In this document: positions 20,287 through 30,619 of the stretch, in pieces
Numbering within the stretch: position 1 is the first letter of the stretch
How the letters are laid out: each line of letters starts with the position of its first letter
Origin: an uncultured bacterium
GTDB lineage: Bacteria > Chloroflexota > UBA5177 > JANWHV01
Direction of reading: 5' to 3'
Length of the DNA: 64,000 nt
Assembly (NCBI GenBank): GCA_963729625.1
Contig: CAVSOU010000011.1
Coordinates: 512,001-576,000 of the forward strand
Program-made: the position numbers and the translations under genes
The notes under the pieces: model-generated
Database searches by the model: none
The model's input: only the letters and a program-made list of their open reading frames with translations
What the model was told of the DNA's origin: nothing

Positions 20287-21144
20287 CTACTGGCCGCTCA
20301 TGGCGCCCATAGTCAGGCCGCGCACCAGCCATTTGCGGATCGCCACGCCGCATATCATGATCGGCACCAGAATAACTGTGCCCGTAGCCATGAGCTGGCC
20401 CCAGACGATGCCTTGCTGCGAAACCAGCTGCGACGCTGCTACTGGGATAGTCTGTGTATCAGCCCCAGTGAAGGTTGTAGCGAAAGCGAAGTCATTCCAG
20501 GCAAAGACAAGGCACAGAACGCCGGTTGCCACGACACCGGGAGCCGCCAGCGGCAGCGCCACGCGCCAGAAGCTGCCGAATGTCGAGCATCCATCCACCT
20601 TTGCCGACTCTTCGAGCTCTTTCGGGAGATCCCGGAAGAAAGCCTGCATGATCCAGATCGCGAACGGAAGGTTGAACGTGCAGTAGGCGACGATAAGGCC
20701 CTTCAAAGAGTCCAGCAGGTCGAGCTCACGGAACGTCATGTACAGCGGAATGATCACGGCAGCTATCGGCGCCATGCGTGTGCTGATAATCCAGAACGAC
20801 AGGTCGGATTTGCGTTTCCAGTTCACGCGCGCGAGGGCGAAGCCTCCGAGAGAGCCGAAGGCCAGCGAGATAATGGTCGATCCACCTGCCGCGATCACGC
20901 TGTTGCTCAGAAAAGTAGTGAAGTTTCCGCCTCCGAAAAACATAAACCTGTACGAGTACGTATCGATGGGCACGAACAGCTTCGGCGGCATCGATAGCAT
21001 GCTGGCCTGCGTACGGAACGACGACAGCACCATCCACACGATTGGCACCATCGTCCACAGCAGGAACACCAGAATGAAGGCGTAGATGCCTATGCGTGCC
21101 GGCGTAAGGCTCGAGCGTTTCTTATGCGGCATCGCGATCGACAT
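20287..21144 (-). CDS. carbohydrate ABC transporter permease (MalG-like)
   Basis: EAA loop LPKELEESAKVDG; multiple TM segments. Confidence 0.93.
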   Translation of the reverse strand: MSIAMPHKKRSSLTPARIGIYAFILVFLLWTMVPIVWMVLSSFRTQASMLSMPPKLFVPIDTYSYRFMFFGGGNFTTFLSNSVIAAGGSTIISLAFGSLGGFALARVNWKRKSDLSFWIISTRMAPIAAVIIPLYMTFRELDLLDSLKGLIVAYCTFNLPFAIWIMQAFFRDLPKELEESAKVDGCSTFGSFWRVALPLAAPGVVATGVLCLVFAWNDFAFATTFTGADTQTIPVAASQLVSQQGIVWGQLMATGTVILVPIMICGVAIRKWLVRGLTMGAMSGQ

Positions 21145-22075
21145 TCGTATCTCCCTTCATCATGAATCCCACGAACACCTTGCCCAGAATGATGGTCACG
21201 ACCAGCATGCTGAGACCGATCGCCGCCGCATAGCCGAGATTGAAGAAGCGGAATGCCGTTTCGTAGAGGCGAATCGGAATGATCTTCGTGGCGTCGGCCG
21301 GCCCGCCTGCCGTCGTGATCGTGATGATGTCGTAGTAGCGGATCGCGTCCATCGAGCGAATCAAGAGAGCCACGAGGAGCGTGGCCCGGAGCATCGGCAG
21401 AATCACGAACCACAGGCGCTGCAACGACGAGGCGCCGTCGACGCTCGCCGCCTCCAGGGGCTCGCGAGGCAGGGAGCTCAGGCCCGCCGCCACAATCAGG
21501 ACGATCAGCGGCGTCCATTCCCAGGCGTCCATCAGCACGACTGCCGGCAGCGCGGTGGCTATCCCCAGGATGTCGGACGTATTGAAGAAGCCGAGCTGGT
21601 GCAGAAAGTAGGCGTACAGTCCGTATGAGGAATTGGTCAGGAACAGTCCAAGCAGCCCTACCACGATCGGCGCCATGAACATGGGCAGGATCACCATTGT
21701 GAGGACGGCATTGCGGAAGGCGCCCATCGCGGTGATCGCCAGCGCGACGCAGATGCCAAGCAGCATCTCGACCGTGAGCGTCGCGCCCACGTACTCGACG
21801 GTAGTGAGCCAGCTGCTCCACACCTGGGAGTCGCTGAACAGTGTTCTCCAGTTGTCGAGTCCGACGAAGCTGAAGCTGATACCGCCGACCAGGGTTATGC
21901 TGTTGAAGCTCATCCAGATCAGGTAGAAGAACGGATAGATGCTCAGCGCCGCGAGCAGCAGCAGGGCCGGCAATAGCATCCAGAACTCGGCTGAAGGTGG
22001 GCGCAGCCTGCGTTTCTTCGCGGGGACGAATGCACCAGCACCACCCGCCGGCTGTATGTCAGATGCAACTGCCAT
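21122..22075 (-). CDS. carbohydrate ABC transporter permease (MalF-like)
   Basis: WEWTP, LEAASVDGAS, GYAAA; multiple TM segments. Confidence 0.93.
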   Translation of the reverse strand: MAVASDIQPAGGAGAFVPAKKRRLRPPSAEFWMLLPALLLLAALSIYPFFYLIWMSFNSITLVGGISFSFVGLDNWRTLFSDSQVWSSWLTTVEYVGATLTVEMLLGICVALAITAMGAFRNAVLTMVILPMFMAPIVVGLLGLFLTNSSYGLYAYFLHQLGFFNTSDILGIATALPAVVLMDAWEWTPLIVLIVAAGLSSLPREPLEAASVDGASSLQRLWFVILPMLRATLLVALLIRSMDAIRYYDIITITTAGGPADATKIIPIRLYETAFRFFNLGYAAAIGLSMLVVTIILGKVFVGFMMKGDTNVDRDAA

Positions 22076-22120
22076 CTACTTATCCTTCACAGATGATGCC
22101 GTCATGGCTTCCTCGACAGC

Positions 22121-22149
22121 GCCGGGGCAGCACGCGGTGCTGCCCCGGC
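22121..22149. terminator. perfect 13-bp stem-loop after the solute-binding protein gene
   Basis: GCCGGGGCAGCAC-GCG-GTGCTGCCCCGGC; no U-tract, so possibly an mRNA stabiliser. Confidence 0.6.
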
Positions 22150-22169
22150 TTGCCCTGGCTAACGTGATG

Positions 22170-23630
22170 CTAGGCGCCGTTAGCCGCGTCGAATTGTGTG
22201 GCGGCATTCTTCATCGCGTCCGCGGACCCTTGCTTCCCGGCAAGCATCTTGGAGAGCTCGGTGAAGATAATGGTATCGCACTTGAGCCACGTGGACACCT
22301 TGGGCCGGAAGCCGATATTCTGCGGCAGCCAGGCGGTCAGGCATCCTTGCATGGATACAAGGTTCGGGTACTTCGAGCTGAACGTCTTCTCGGCGGCCTT
22401 GATGTCCGGTCGATTGTAGACAGACGTGCGAACCGGCGTCTCGCCGCCGACCTTCGAAGCGGCGCAGAGAACCTCAGTATCCGGCGAAGTGACCCACAGA
22501 ATGAACAGATAGGCGGCGCCCTGCGCGTCCGCGCTGGCGTTTGCATTGATGCCCACGCCCGTGCCGCCCCAGAGGTTGCAGCTGCGCTTTGGACCGCGCG
22601 GCAGGGCGGCGTAGCCGACCTTGCCTGCCACCTTCGAGCTGCTCGGGTTCTCCAGACCCGAAGCGAACTCGTGCCACTCCGGCATCATGGCGATGTCGCC
22701 GGCCGCGAACGCGTTGTTCACGCCCGTCCAGTCCCATGTCGTGCTGCTGGGATGCGCGATCTTCAGCAGCTTCTGGTAGAACGCGGCGGCCGCCAGTGCC
22801 TGGGGCGAGGTCAGCTGGCACTTGCCAGGCTTGAGCACGCCGACTGAGCCGACCGGGTCGGGCTCGCCGGGGAAGTACTTCCCGCCGTAGGCGTACAGAA
22901 CGTTGGAGAAGTCGCACTGCAGCGAGTCATACTCTTGGGCCTGGTGGCCGGTGCCGTACTTGACCTCGTGGACGTTCGCATTCATCCAGTCGGCCATGGC
23001 GTAGTACTGCTCCCAGGTCAGGTGCGGTCCCGGGGTCCAGTCGAAGCCCTTCGCCTTCATGAAGGCATCTTTGTACTTGGCGATGAGGTCCTTACGGTAG
23101 ATCCAGATCATCGTCGGGCAGTCGTAGGGGAACGTGTACAGGTGGGTCTTGTCCAGGAAGTAGCTGCAGCCGACCAGCTGCGAGGGAATGAAGTCCTTGA
23201 TGCCGCCGGGACCTGGAACTGCCGGGAACTTGGGATCCTTGACGAACTTGGTCAGATCGACCAGGCCCTTGAAGTACGGTGCCATGATCTGGTAAGGGTC
23301 CGCGTAGATGAGCTCGTACGCTGCGGCGCCGGATCCCATGTCGAGCGCGACCTTCTCCACCACATTGCCGAGCTGAGTCTGCGTGATCTTGACGTCGATG
23401 CCGGTAAGGGCCTTGAAGGCGCCGATGTTCGCCGACGCGGCAGAGCTTGGCGCCGTGTTCTCGGAGATGAAATTCAGCTTGCCGCCGCTGAACTGTTTCC
23501 ACATGTCGGCGTTTGCTCGCTGCGCTAACGTCGTCCCTCGATACCAGCTGAACGAGCTGCCTGCAAATGCCGCACCGGCGGCAGTTGCCGCGGTGCCGGC
23601 AATGAAGCCTTTGCGCGTGATCGTACTCAT
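22170..23630 (-). CDS. sugar ABC transporter solute-binding protein with a Tat-like signal
   Basis: MSTITRKGFIAGTAA (twin-arginine variant RK); SBP_bac_1-like motifs FAAGDIAMMPEW, SKVAGKVGYA. Confidence 0.9.
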   Translation of the reverse strand: MSTITRKGFIAGTAATAAGAAFAGSSFSWYRGTTLAQRANADMWKQFSGGKLNFISENTAPSSAASANIGAFKALTGIDVKITQTQLGNVVEKVALDMGSGAAAYELIYADPYQIMAPYFKGLVDLTKFVKDPKFPAVPGPGGIKDFIPSQLVGCSYFLDKTHLYTFPYDCPTMIWIYRKDLIAKYKDAFMKAKGFDWTPGPHLTWEQYYAMADWMNANVHEVKYGTGHQAQEYDSLQCDFSNVLYAYGGKYFPGEPDPVGSVGVLKPGKCQLTSPQALAAAAFYQKLLKIAHPSSTTWDWTGVNNAFAAGDIAMMPEWHEFASGLENPSSSKVAGKVGYAALPRGPKRSCNLWGGTGVGINANASADAQGAAYLFILWVTSPDTEVLCAASKVGGETPVRTSVYNRPDIKAAEKTFSSKYPNLVSMQGCLTAWLPQNIGFRPKVSTWLKCDTIIFTELSKMLAGKQGSADAMKNAATQFDAANGA

Positions 23631-23755
23631 CGTCTGGAATGATCCCTTCTCCATTGGCGAGATGGCGTATGCCATCTCTCACAGAATCAGGTGGATGACC
23701 TCCGGCCCGGCCCTGCCATCCGGCAGTGCCGCAGACCTTGGTTGGCGGACTGCTA

Positions 23756-24580
23756 TCACCCCCCTTCCAGAGCGCCGACCAGCTTGACTCCGGATGGCGC
23801 GGCGTGAACAATGTGCACCTCAACACCGATCTGGCGAAAGTGCCTCAACGCGGCATCGTGCACGCCATCGTCAGTGACCAGAATCTGGCCCGCCTCGAGC
23901 AGGCCCACCCTTGCCAGGAAGCGCTTCCCAATCTTGGTGCTATCGGCCACGATGATCACGCGATCCGCGGCGCGAATCATCGCCCGCTTCGTCTCAGCCT
24001 CGCTGAGATCGCCGCACGACATGCCCAGAGTGAAGTCGATCCCACTCATTCCCACCACGATAGTCGAGAAGTGAAGCCGCGACAGCGCGGCAACCACGTC
24101 AGGTCCGGAAAACAGCAGAGACGAGTGATGGAGGGTGCCGCCCAACGACACAACGGTGACGTTGGCATGGCGGGCCAGCTCCACCATGGCCGAGAGTGAG
24201 TGTGTCGCAACGGTGAGCCCGGGGTGACGCGTCAGGTGCCGCGCCACCTCCAGCGCCGTGGTCCCGGCGTCGATGCCGATTGCCTCTCCTGATTGGATCA
24301 TGGCGGCAGCATGCGCGCCGATAGCTACTTTCTCCGGCCGCTGCTCGGCGCTTCGAACGGCATTGTCGCCCTCCAGCACGGCAGATTGGTTGAGTCGCGC
24401 ACCGCCATGCACGAGGATGAGCACGCCCATCTGAGCCAGCTCCTGCAAATCGCGGCGCGCCGTCATGGCAGACACGCGAAGCAAGTTGCTTAACTCGACC
24501 GTGCTGTAGTAAGAGCGGTGATCGAACAGCTCGATAATGCGGGCCTGGCGCTCGGTCGGCGAGGTCCGATGTTCCCGCAT
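23756..24580 (-). CDS. DeoR/GlpR-family transcriptional regulator
   Basis: VSAMTARRDL, VHGGA, EKVAIG, IDAGTT, ADSTKIG. Confidence 0.93.
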   Translation of the reverse strand: MREHRTSPTERQARIIELFDHRSYYSTVELSNLLRVSAMTARRDLQELAQMGVLILVHGGARLNQSAVLEGDNAVRSAEQRPEKVAIGAHAAAMIQSGEAIGIDAGTTALEVARHLTRHPGLTVATHSLSAMVELARHANVTVVSLGGTLHHSSLLFSGPDVVAALSRLHFSTIVVGMSGIDFTLGMSCGDLSEAETKRAMIRAADRVIIVADSTKIGKRFLARVGLLEAGQILVTDDGVHDAALRHFRQIGVEVHIVHAAPSGVKLVGALEGG

Positions 24581-24805
24581 CGTCCCGCCGTATTTGCCTG
24601 GTATGGCAGCAACCGACGAACCTTCCATTTCACCGCAGCCTCAGCAGACCGACAGCACCTACCACATAGAGCAGAACAGAACCGCGATACTGGACGCCAA
24701 CGGGTACGACATGTCCCGCCAGCTTCTATCACCAACTGCATCTTCCATCGGTTTCGCACAGTCAGTGGCAAATAACTAACAGTGGCGAGCCTTCAGTGCA
24801 AGAAA

Positions 24806-24834
24806 ACTATACGCTCTGCCCGATCATCTGTCAA
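24806..24834 (-). promoter_or_regulatory. sigma70-type promoter of the DeoR-ABC operon
   Basis: minus strand TTGACA-N17-TATAGT. Confidence 0.7.
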
Positions 24835-24962
24835 TAAATGCACAGATAGGTACCTGTTTGTGTATTTGCGCACGTCAATGGTGCTCGGGCTAGTACGAAC
24901 AGTTGCGGGGGCTTGCGGGCGCATTCTAGGCGAGGTTCGCGTCGTGGCGTGCGGATGACGCG

Positions 24963-26465
24963 CTAGTGGTCCCCGAGACCGGCCAGCCAAGCCTGATAGA
25001 TCGACTCGTAGCGATCGTGCTCGGCCGGACGCGATGCCACGACGCTATGCCGCGCAAGTTCTCGACTGACCGAGGTCAGGCTCTCTGCGCGGTCGGCGCC
25101 GACCCACGCGCACATCGCGGCCCCCAGCGCGGCAGCTTCCGGAACGCCTACGAGGAGAGGAACGTCAAGGACATCGGCCAGGATCTGGCGCCAGAGCGTA
25201 CTGCGCACCTGGCCACCTCCTACGTGCAGGACGGATGCCCGCGAACCTGACACTTCGCGGATCAGATCCCAGTTGTAGCGCATGGCAAAGACAATGCTCT
25301 CGAGCGCGGCGCGAACGAGGGCAGCGCGCGTTGCCGCAACTGGTTCTAGAACGTGCATGCCCAGGAACGACACGCTGCGCTGCACTATCTCGCGTCGGCG
25401 GAGATCCATTCTGTTGGCGCCAAGATAGAGCCGAATACCGTCTGCGCCGGCCGGCGCCATAGCCGCGGCCTCGTCCATTTCGTCAAAGCTCGTGCCGAGC
25501 CCGGGCTGGCCGGCGCTATGCGGCCAAAGCAGTTCACGGAGCCAACGAAAGCTCATGCCGGTACATCCCGCGTTGGCTTCGACCGCCCACAACTGGGGCA
25601 CGACATGGCACTGAGTCCACGTGCGCTCCTTCGCGTCGAGCAGGCAATGGCCAACAATCTGCAGCATCGGTGTCGTCGTCCCCGAGACGGCTCCCACGGC
25701 GCCGAGGTCGACGACGCCCAGTCCAAGCAGTCCGCACTGACCATCGCCTCCGGCCAGTACAACGCGCGTTCCAGGCAGAAGACCCAGATCCTCGGCCGCG
25801 GCGTGTGTCAGTGTGCCAATCACCTGTCCAGCCACCCCGATCGCGGGAAGCGAATCCATCGCAACCCCGACGAGATCGCAGACTGAAGACGACCACTGCT
25901 GCTTCCTGATGTCGAACAGCAAGCTGGCCGAAGCGCTGGACGGCTCGGTTACGGCAACGCCACTCATGCGATAGCCAAGCCAGCTATCGAGCGAGAATAT
26001 AAGACTTGTCGCTTCGCGAAGGTCGGGCTGATGGCGACGAAGCCACTCCAGTCGTCCCGGAGTGTGCTCGGAGCTCAAGGGATGTCCGGTGATCCTGTAA
26101 ATGAGATCCCCGTGGGACCGAAACAGCGCATCGTTCTCGGCACTGGCCCGAGAATCGAGCGAGGAATATCCCGCCAGGGCGCGGCCATCCCGATCGACCA
26201 GCACGAGGCCTTCGCGCTGACTCGTGGCGCTGATGGCCTGCACGGCCTGAGGGGGAAGGTCGGCGAGGGCCATGGCTTCGCGCGTGGCCGCGCACATCTC
26301 GAGCCAGAGGCTCTCGGCATCGAACGTGCTGGCGCCGGGCACCGTCCGCGGGGAGTCGTACGACCACTCGCGATAGACCGATGCGAGTACATGCCCTGAT
26401 GCATCGCACGCCACACTGCGCCCGCCGCCAATGCCGGCGTCGAGCGCGATCACACACTCCCTCAC
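24963..26465 (-). CDS. FGGY-family carbohydrate kinase
   Basis: IALDAGIGGGRS, ATSQREG, AGGDGQCG, SGTT, VGGGQVRS..WRQILADV; start uncertain. Confidence 0.9.
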   Translation of the reverse strand: MRECVIALDAGIGGGRSVACDASGHVLASVYREWSYDSPRTVPGASTFDAESLWLEMCAATREAMALADLPPQAVQAISATSQREGLVLVDRDGRALAGYSSLDSRASAENDALFRSHGDLIYRITGHPLSSEHTPGRLEWLRRHQPDLREATSLIFSLDSWLGYRMSGVAVTEPSSASASLLFDIRKQQWSSSVCDLVGVAMDSLPAIGVAGQVIGTLTHAAAEDLGLLPGTRVVLAGGDGQCGLLGLGVVDLGAVGAVSGTTTPMLQIVGHCLLDAKERTWTQCHVVPQLWAVEANAGCTGMSFRWLRELLWPHSAGQPGLGTSFDEMDEAAAMAPAGADGIRLYLGANRMDLRRREIVQRSVSFLGMHVLEPVAATRAALVRAALESIVFAMRYNWDLIREVSGSRASVLHVGGGQVRSTLWRQILADVLDVPLLVGVPEAAALGAAMCAWVGADRAESLTSVSRELARHSVVASRPAEHDRYESIYQAWLAGLGDH

Positions 26466-26848
26466 CGAAACCCTACTTTCAGTGCGCCAGTACAACGCGC
26501 GGCCGTTCGGTACTCCCGGATCCGGTAGCGCGGTCGTGTCTCGCCACACCAAGGCTCGTCCGGGCGACGACACTCCGTGAGACGTTCTCAGCATCGGGCT
26601 GAAACGTCACACCCAAGGCTATCACAGTAGTGACCGCCCTGACGACGGTTTGCGATGTCTTCGACGTGTGATCGAGCGGTCGTGGGCACCGCGGTTTGCA
26701 GTACGCTGCATGGCGGTGAGGAAGACCGGTATCGCCTCACTGCGCGCGAGCAATCGTGAACCGATGTGCACGACGTTCGTGTCTGACCGATAGCGGGTAT
26801 TGGCCGGGGAATTGTCGCCCGGCCGCACGGAGCGAGAGGATGATGAGG

Positions 26849-27418
26849 GTGGCTGATAAGATGTCGATAGCATCACTCGGACACGTCGCCGCCGGCGAGA
26901 TAGCCGCGGTCGTGGCAAATGTTCCCGAGGACCAGGTAGCGCGCTTGCGTTCTGAGCTGCGGACAGCGCGCTATATCCTGACACATGGCCTGGGACGCGA
27001 AGGGCTGGTGATGCGCAGTTTTGCTATGCGCCTCATGCACCTTGGCCTGCCGGTCGGAGTTGTCGGTGACATGACGGCGGGTCCCAGCGGCGCGGGAACG
27101 GTCTTCGTGTGCAGTGCCGGTCCGGGCATGTTCGCGAGTATTGCCGCCCTCATGGACAACGCCCGCCATGCCGGCGCGTCGATTGCGTTGCTGACGGCGC
27201 ATCCAGAGGCCGGAGGCGCGAACATGGCGGACCTTGTGGTTGAAATACCTGCACAGACAATGATGGGCTCTCGGAAGGGGCAGGCTTCCGAGCAAGTCAT
27301 GGGTTCGATTTACGAGCAGGCCATGTGGGTGCTTCTCGACTGTATCGTCTGGCAGTTGGCGCAAGAGCTTGGCCAGACGCAGCAGCAGATGGCCGCGCGC
27401 CACACCAATATGGAATGA
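26849..27418 (+). CDS. SIS-domain sugar-phosphate isomerase (6-phospho-3-hexuloisomerase-like)
   Basis: GLGREGLVMRSFAMRLMHLG, VGDMT, SAGPG, MGSIYEQ, RHTNME. Confidence 0.88.
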   Translation: MADKMSIASLGHVAAGEIAAVVANVPEDQVARLRSELRTARYILTHGLGREGLVMRSFAMRLMHLGLPVGVVGDMTAGPSGAGTVFVCSAGPGMFASIAALMDNARHAGASIALLTAHPEAGGANMADLVVEIPAQTMMGSRKGQASEQVMGSIYEQAMWVLLDCIVWQLAQELGQTQQQMAARHTNME

Positions 27419-27422
27419 CAGA

Positions 27423-30342
27423 TCAGCTGCGCTTGAATGTCGCCATGCCCGCGGTCCAGCCGCCGGCTGCGCTCATGGTCATGGCGGCGGTTTGGGCACC
27501 ATTGGTTGCGGCGGTGACGTCCTCAAGGGCCACGGTTCCGTTGCTGCCGGTGGCCTGCACGTGCAGCGCGGCGGGCGTATTTCCGATACTTCCGGCTATT
27601 ATGCTGAGTGGGTTGCTGCCCGTGCCAAGTCCGGCCACCGCCAGCTCACCGTTGGCACTGGCCGTGCCGGCGATAGTCACGGCAGCGGTAGAGCCCTGAC
27701 TGCAGGCCGTGGCGTCCAGCGGACTGGCGCTTGCCACACCGGTGTACTCAGCCAGGCCGGCTCGAATCTGGCCGGTAACGGAGGCCGTGAGCGAGACGAT
27801 GGTCGCGCCCGGTCTGGCGTTGGCTACGTACCATATGGAGAGCACGCCGCAGTTGACGGCCTCGGTCCAGGGGCCGTTGAGGTTGTCGGTCACAGTTGTG
27901 CCGCTCTGGGTGCGGAAGAAGCCCACAAGCAGATCTCCGGCCGCGACGGGACTGGTGAAGCTCGTACCCAGGCTGGTGCCGCTGCCCAGCTGAGCCACTC
28001 CTTGCACGTAGGTAACGCGGGTTGCGGAGACGATCGAGGTCGCCGATGGCGGCGCAGCTATCGCGGTGCTGGTCGGCGGCACGGCTGTCGCGGTGCTGGT
28101 CGGCGGCATGGCTGTCGCGGTGCTGGTCGGCGGCACGGCTGTCGCGGTGCTGGTCGGCGGCACGGCTGTCGCGGTCTTGGTCGGCGGCACGGCTGTCGCG
28201 GTCTTGGTCGGCGGCACGGCTGTCGCGGTCTTGGTCGGCGGCACGGCTGTCGCGGTGCTTGGTCGGCGGCATGGCTGTCACGGTCTTGGTCGGCGGCACG
28301 GCTGTCGCGGTGCTGGTTGGCATAGCGGCCGAGCTCGCGCCACGTTTAAACGTGGCCATGCCCGCGGTCCAGCCACCGGCTACACTCATGGTCATGGCGG
28401 CGGTTTGAGCGCCATTGGTTGCGGTAGTGACGTCCTCAAGGGCCACGGTTCCGTTGCTGCCGGTAGCCTGCGCGCGCAGAGCGGCGGCCACGCTACCGAC
28501 AGTCCCGGCCGCGATGCTGAGCGGGTTGCTGCCCGTGCCAAGTCCGGCCACCGCCAGCTCACCGGCGGCACTGGCTGCGCCGGCGATGCTCACGACGGCG
28601 CTAGTGCCCTGACCGCAGGCCGCGACGTCCAGTGGACTGGCGCCGGCAACGCCGGAGTACTCGGCCAGGCCGGCTCGAACCTGGCCCGTCGTGGAGCCCG
28701 TGAGCGTGACCGTGGTCGCGCCCGGCTTGGCGTTGGCGACATACCATATGGAGACCACGCCGCAGTTGACAGCCTCGGTCCAGGGACCGTTCAGGTTGTC
28801 GGTCACAGCTGTGCCGCTCTGGGCGCGGAAGATGCCCACAAGCAGGTCACCGGCCGTTACGCGACTGCTGAGCTGTGTGGCCAGGGTGGTGCCGATGCCA
28901 AGCTGAGCGCCACCTTGCACGTAGCTACTGCGGCCCGCTGACACTATTGGCGTCGCCGTCGGCGGCACGGCTGTCGCGGTACTGGTCGGCGGCACGGCTG
29001 TCGCGGGACTGGCGTATTGTGGCGGGACAGGCGTATTGGTCGGCAGGACCGGCGTATTGGTCGGTGGGACCGGCGTATTGGTCGGTGGGACCGGCGTATT
29101 GGTCGGTGGGACCGGCGTATTGGTCGGCGGGATGGTCGTACTGCTTGGTGGCACAGACGTGCTGGTCGCCGTGGCAGCCGGCGGTGTCTGTGTTTCACCG
29201 GACATCGCGGCAAACCACTTGGCCACAATCTGCCCGGCTGGCGTCATCTGCCCCGTGTTGTAGTCGACCGCGGCGGACTGCGCGCCGTTGCCCTGCCCGG
29301 TCTCATACCAGTATTCAAATCCGCCGACGTAGGGCTGCTGCGCCAGGTATGCCAGGTACTGGTCGGTGGTGTTCGCTACCATCTGCGGCGTGTTGTCGGC
29401 ACCGTTAACGTCGCCCCACTCCAGGGTTATGGGCAGGCTCGGTACGGCGTTGTGGCTGTTCACGATGCCGCTCGTCCAGCTGGCGTAGCTCTGGGCGAAG
29501 TGGTCCATGTTGTATTCGCCGGCGTGCTGCCAGGTGGCCGCCGGCGCGTACGTGTACGTGTCGGCGGCAACGCCGAACCAACCCGAGCTGACTTGCTTGC
29601 CGATCTTCTGGAAGGCGGCCTGATCGGCCTGCCCGAAGTCGCTGAGCCAGCGGTTGAAGCTGGGCACGTCGGGGAACTGGCAAATGCCGTTGGGGCAGTT
29701 ATTGGCGCTGGTGCCGTAGCAGCTGCCGTAGCCTCCTTGGGCCGCGCAATTGGCGATGCCGTTGTTCTGCGGCTCGCCGAAAGGCTCGAAGATGTCCCCG
29801 TCCTGAAAGACGTCGGCATGGTTCAGAATCCACTGGTAGGTCATGCCCATATAAGATGTGGTGTCCTGGCCGGAGAGGACCGCCTGCAGCCCGCCGCTGC
29901 CCTCGTAGGGAATGGCGGGACTGGTGCTGTAGGAGAGCTTGCTCATGCCATAATCGCCGGCCCATTTGTTCCAGTTGCCACGGTAGATGACGTGGAGGCC
30001 GGCGGCGTGCATGGTAGCGGCCCAGGCCTTCATATAGCCGTAAGGAGAGAGAGGCTTGGGCGTGCAGGTGTATCCGGAGGCGTCGTCGAGGGGCACATCG
30101 TCGGAGGCGAAGTTGGCGTGGAATTGGGGAATATAGCTGACCAGTCGGGTCATGGTTGCCTGGCTTGCCTGGTTGCAGACCGTATCGTGGGTCATGGCCG
30201 TCATGCCCATGTCGCGCACCGACCAGCTTCCGGTTGTGGCCGCGCGGGCGTGCGACGGCTGAGATAGTGTGGCGGGCAGCACCACGGAGGACGGGACGCT
30301 CAAGGCCACCGTCAGTAGCATCAGCGAGACTGACTTGATCAA
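27423..30342 (-). CDS. secreted GH clan-A-like protein with Pro/Thr linkers and a duplicated C-terminal domain; +1 frameshift at about 28258
   Basis: signal peptide; HVIYRGNW, FEPFGEP, ITLEWG, GFEYW; ORFs 27748..30363 and 27423..28244 join across one extra base in a repeat; RBS AAGGAG with TTG at 30342. Confidence 0.8.
27427..28928 (-). repeat. duplicated domain of about 195 aa (about 27427-28012 and 28343-28928)
   Basis: YVQG.AQLG.GT...AGDLLVG.FR.QSGT.VTDNLNGPWTEAVNCG...GWTAGMATFKR occurs twice, diverged. Confidence 0.9.
28061..28320. repeat. 27-bp coding tandem repeat (PPT[S/K]TATAV), about 9 copies
   Basis: unit GGTCGGCGGCACGGCTGTCGCGGT(GCT/CTT). Confidence 0.95.
29020..29130. repeat. 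21-bp coding tandem repeat (PPTNTPV), about 5 copies
   Basis: unit GGTCGGTGGGACCGGCGTATT. Confidence 0.92.
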
Positions 30343-30393
30343 GACTCTCACTCCTTGTCCCACGGAGCGCGAGTCATGCCTGGATTGACCACC

Positions 30394-30470
30394 GTTTCGG
30401 CAACCTGGCTGGCTCAGAGAGCTCCATGGCTTTGCGCCCCCGCCTCACGACGGGTTTGCCCTTGTCGACC
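30394..30470 (-). ncRNA. cyclic di-GMP-I (GEMM) riboswitch
   Basis: minus strand GGUCGACAAGGGCAAACCCGUC-GUGA-GGCGGGGGCGCAAAGCCAUGG...CCAGCCAGGUUGCCGAA: GGCAAAC, GNRA-capped P2, CGCAAAGC and GGUUGCCG as in GEMM-I; about 50 nt upstream of the CDS start. Confidence 0.88.
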
Positions 30471-30590
30471 TGAATCCGAGGCATATTGGCGGCCGGGTAG
30501 CCCTCATGTGAAGGTCGCCCGGCAGTCACGTGCCTGCCTCGCCTTGGTGATAGATGCCCTACCCCCATGGATGTTGCGTGCAACAACAGC

Positions 30591-30619
30591 ACTATAGAGT
30601 CCACTGGCCGGCGCGGCAA
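30591..30619 (-). promoter_or_regulatory. putative promoter for the riboswitch transcript
   Basis: minus strand TTGCCG-N17-TATAGT. Confidence 0.55.

Noticed and set aside
28061-29130. short direct repeats as a CRISPR array
   Set aside because: head-to-tail coding repeats with no unique spacers and no cas genes
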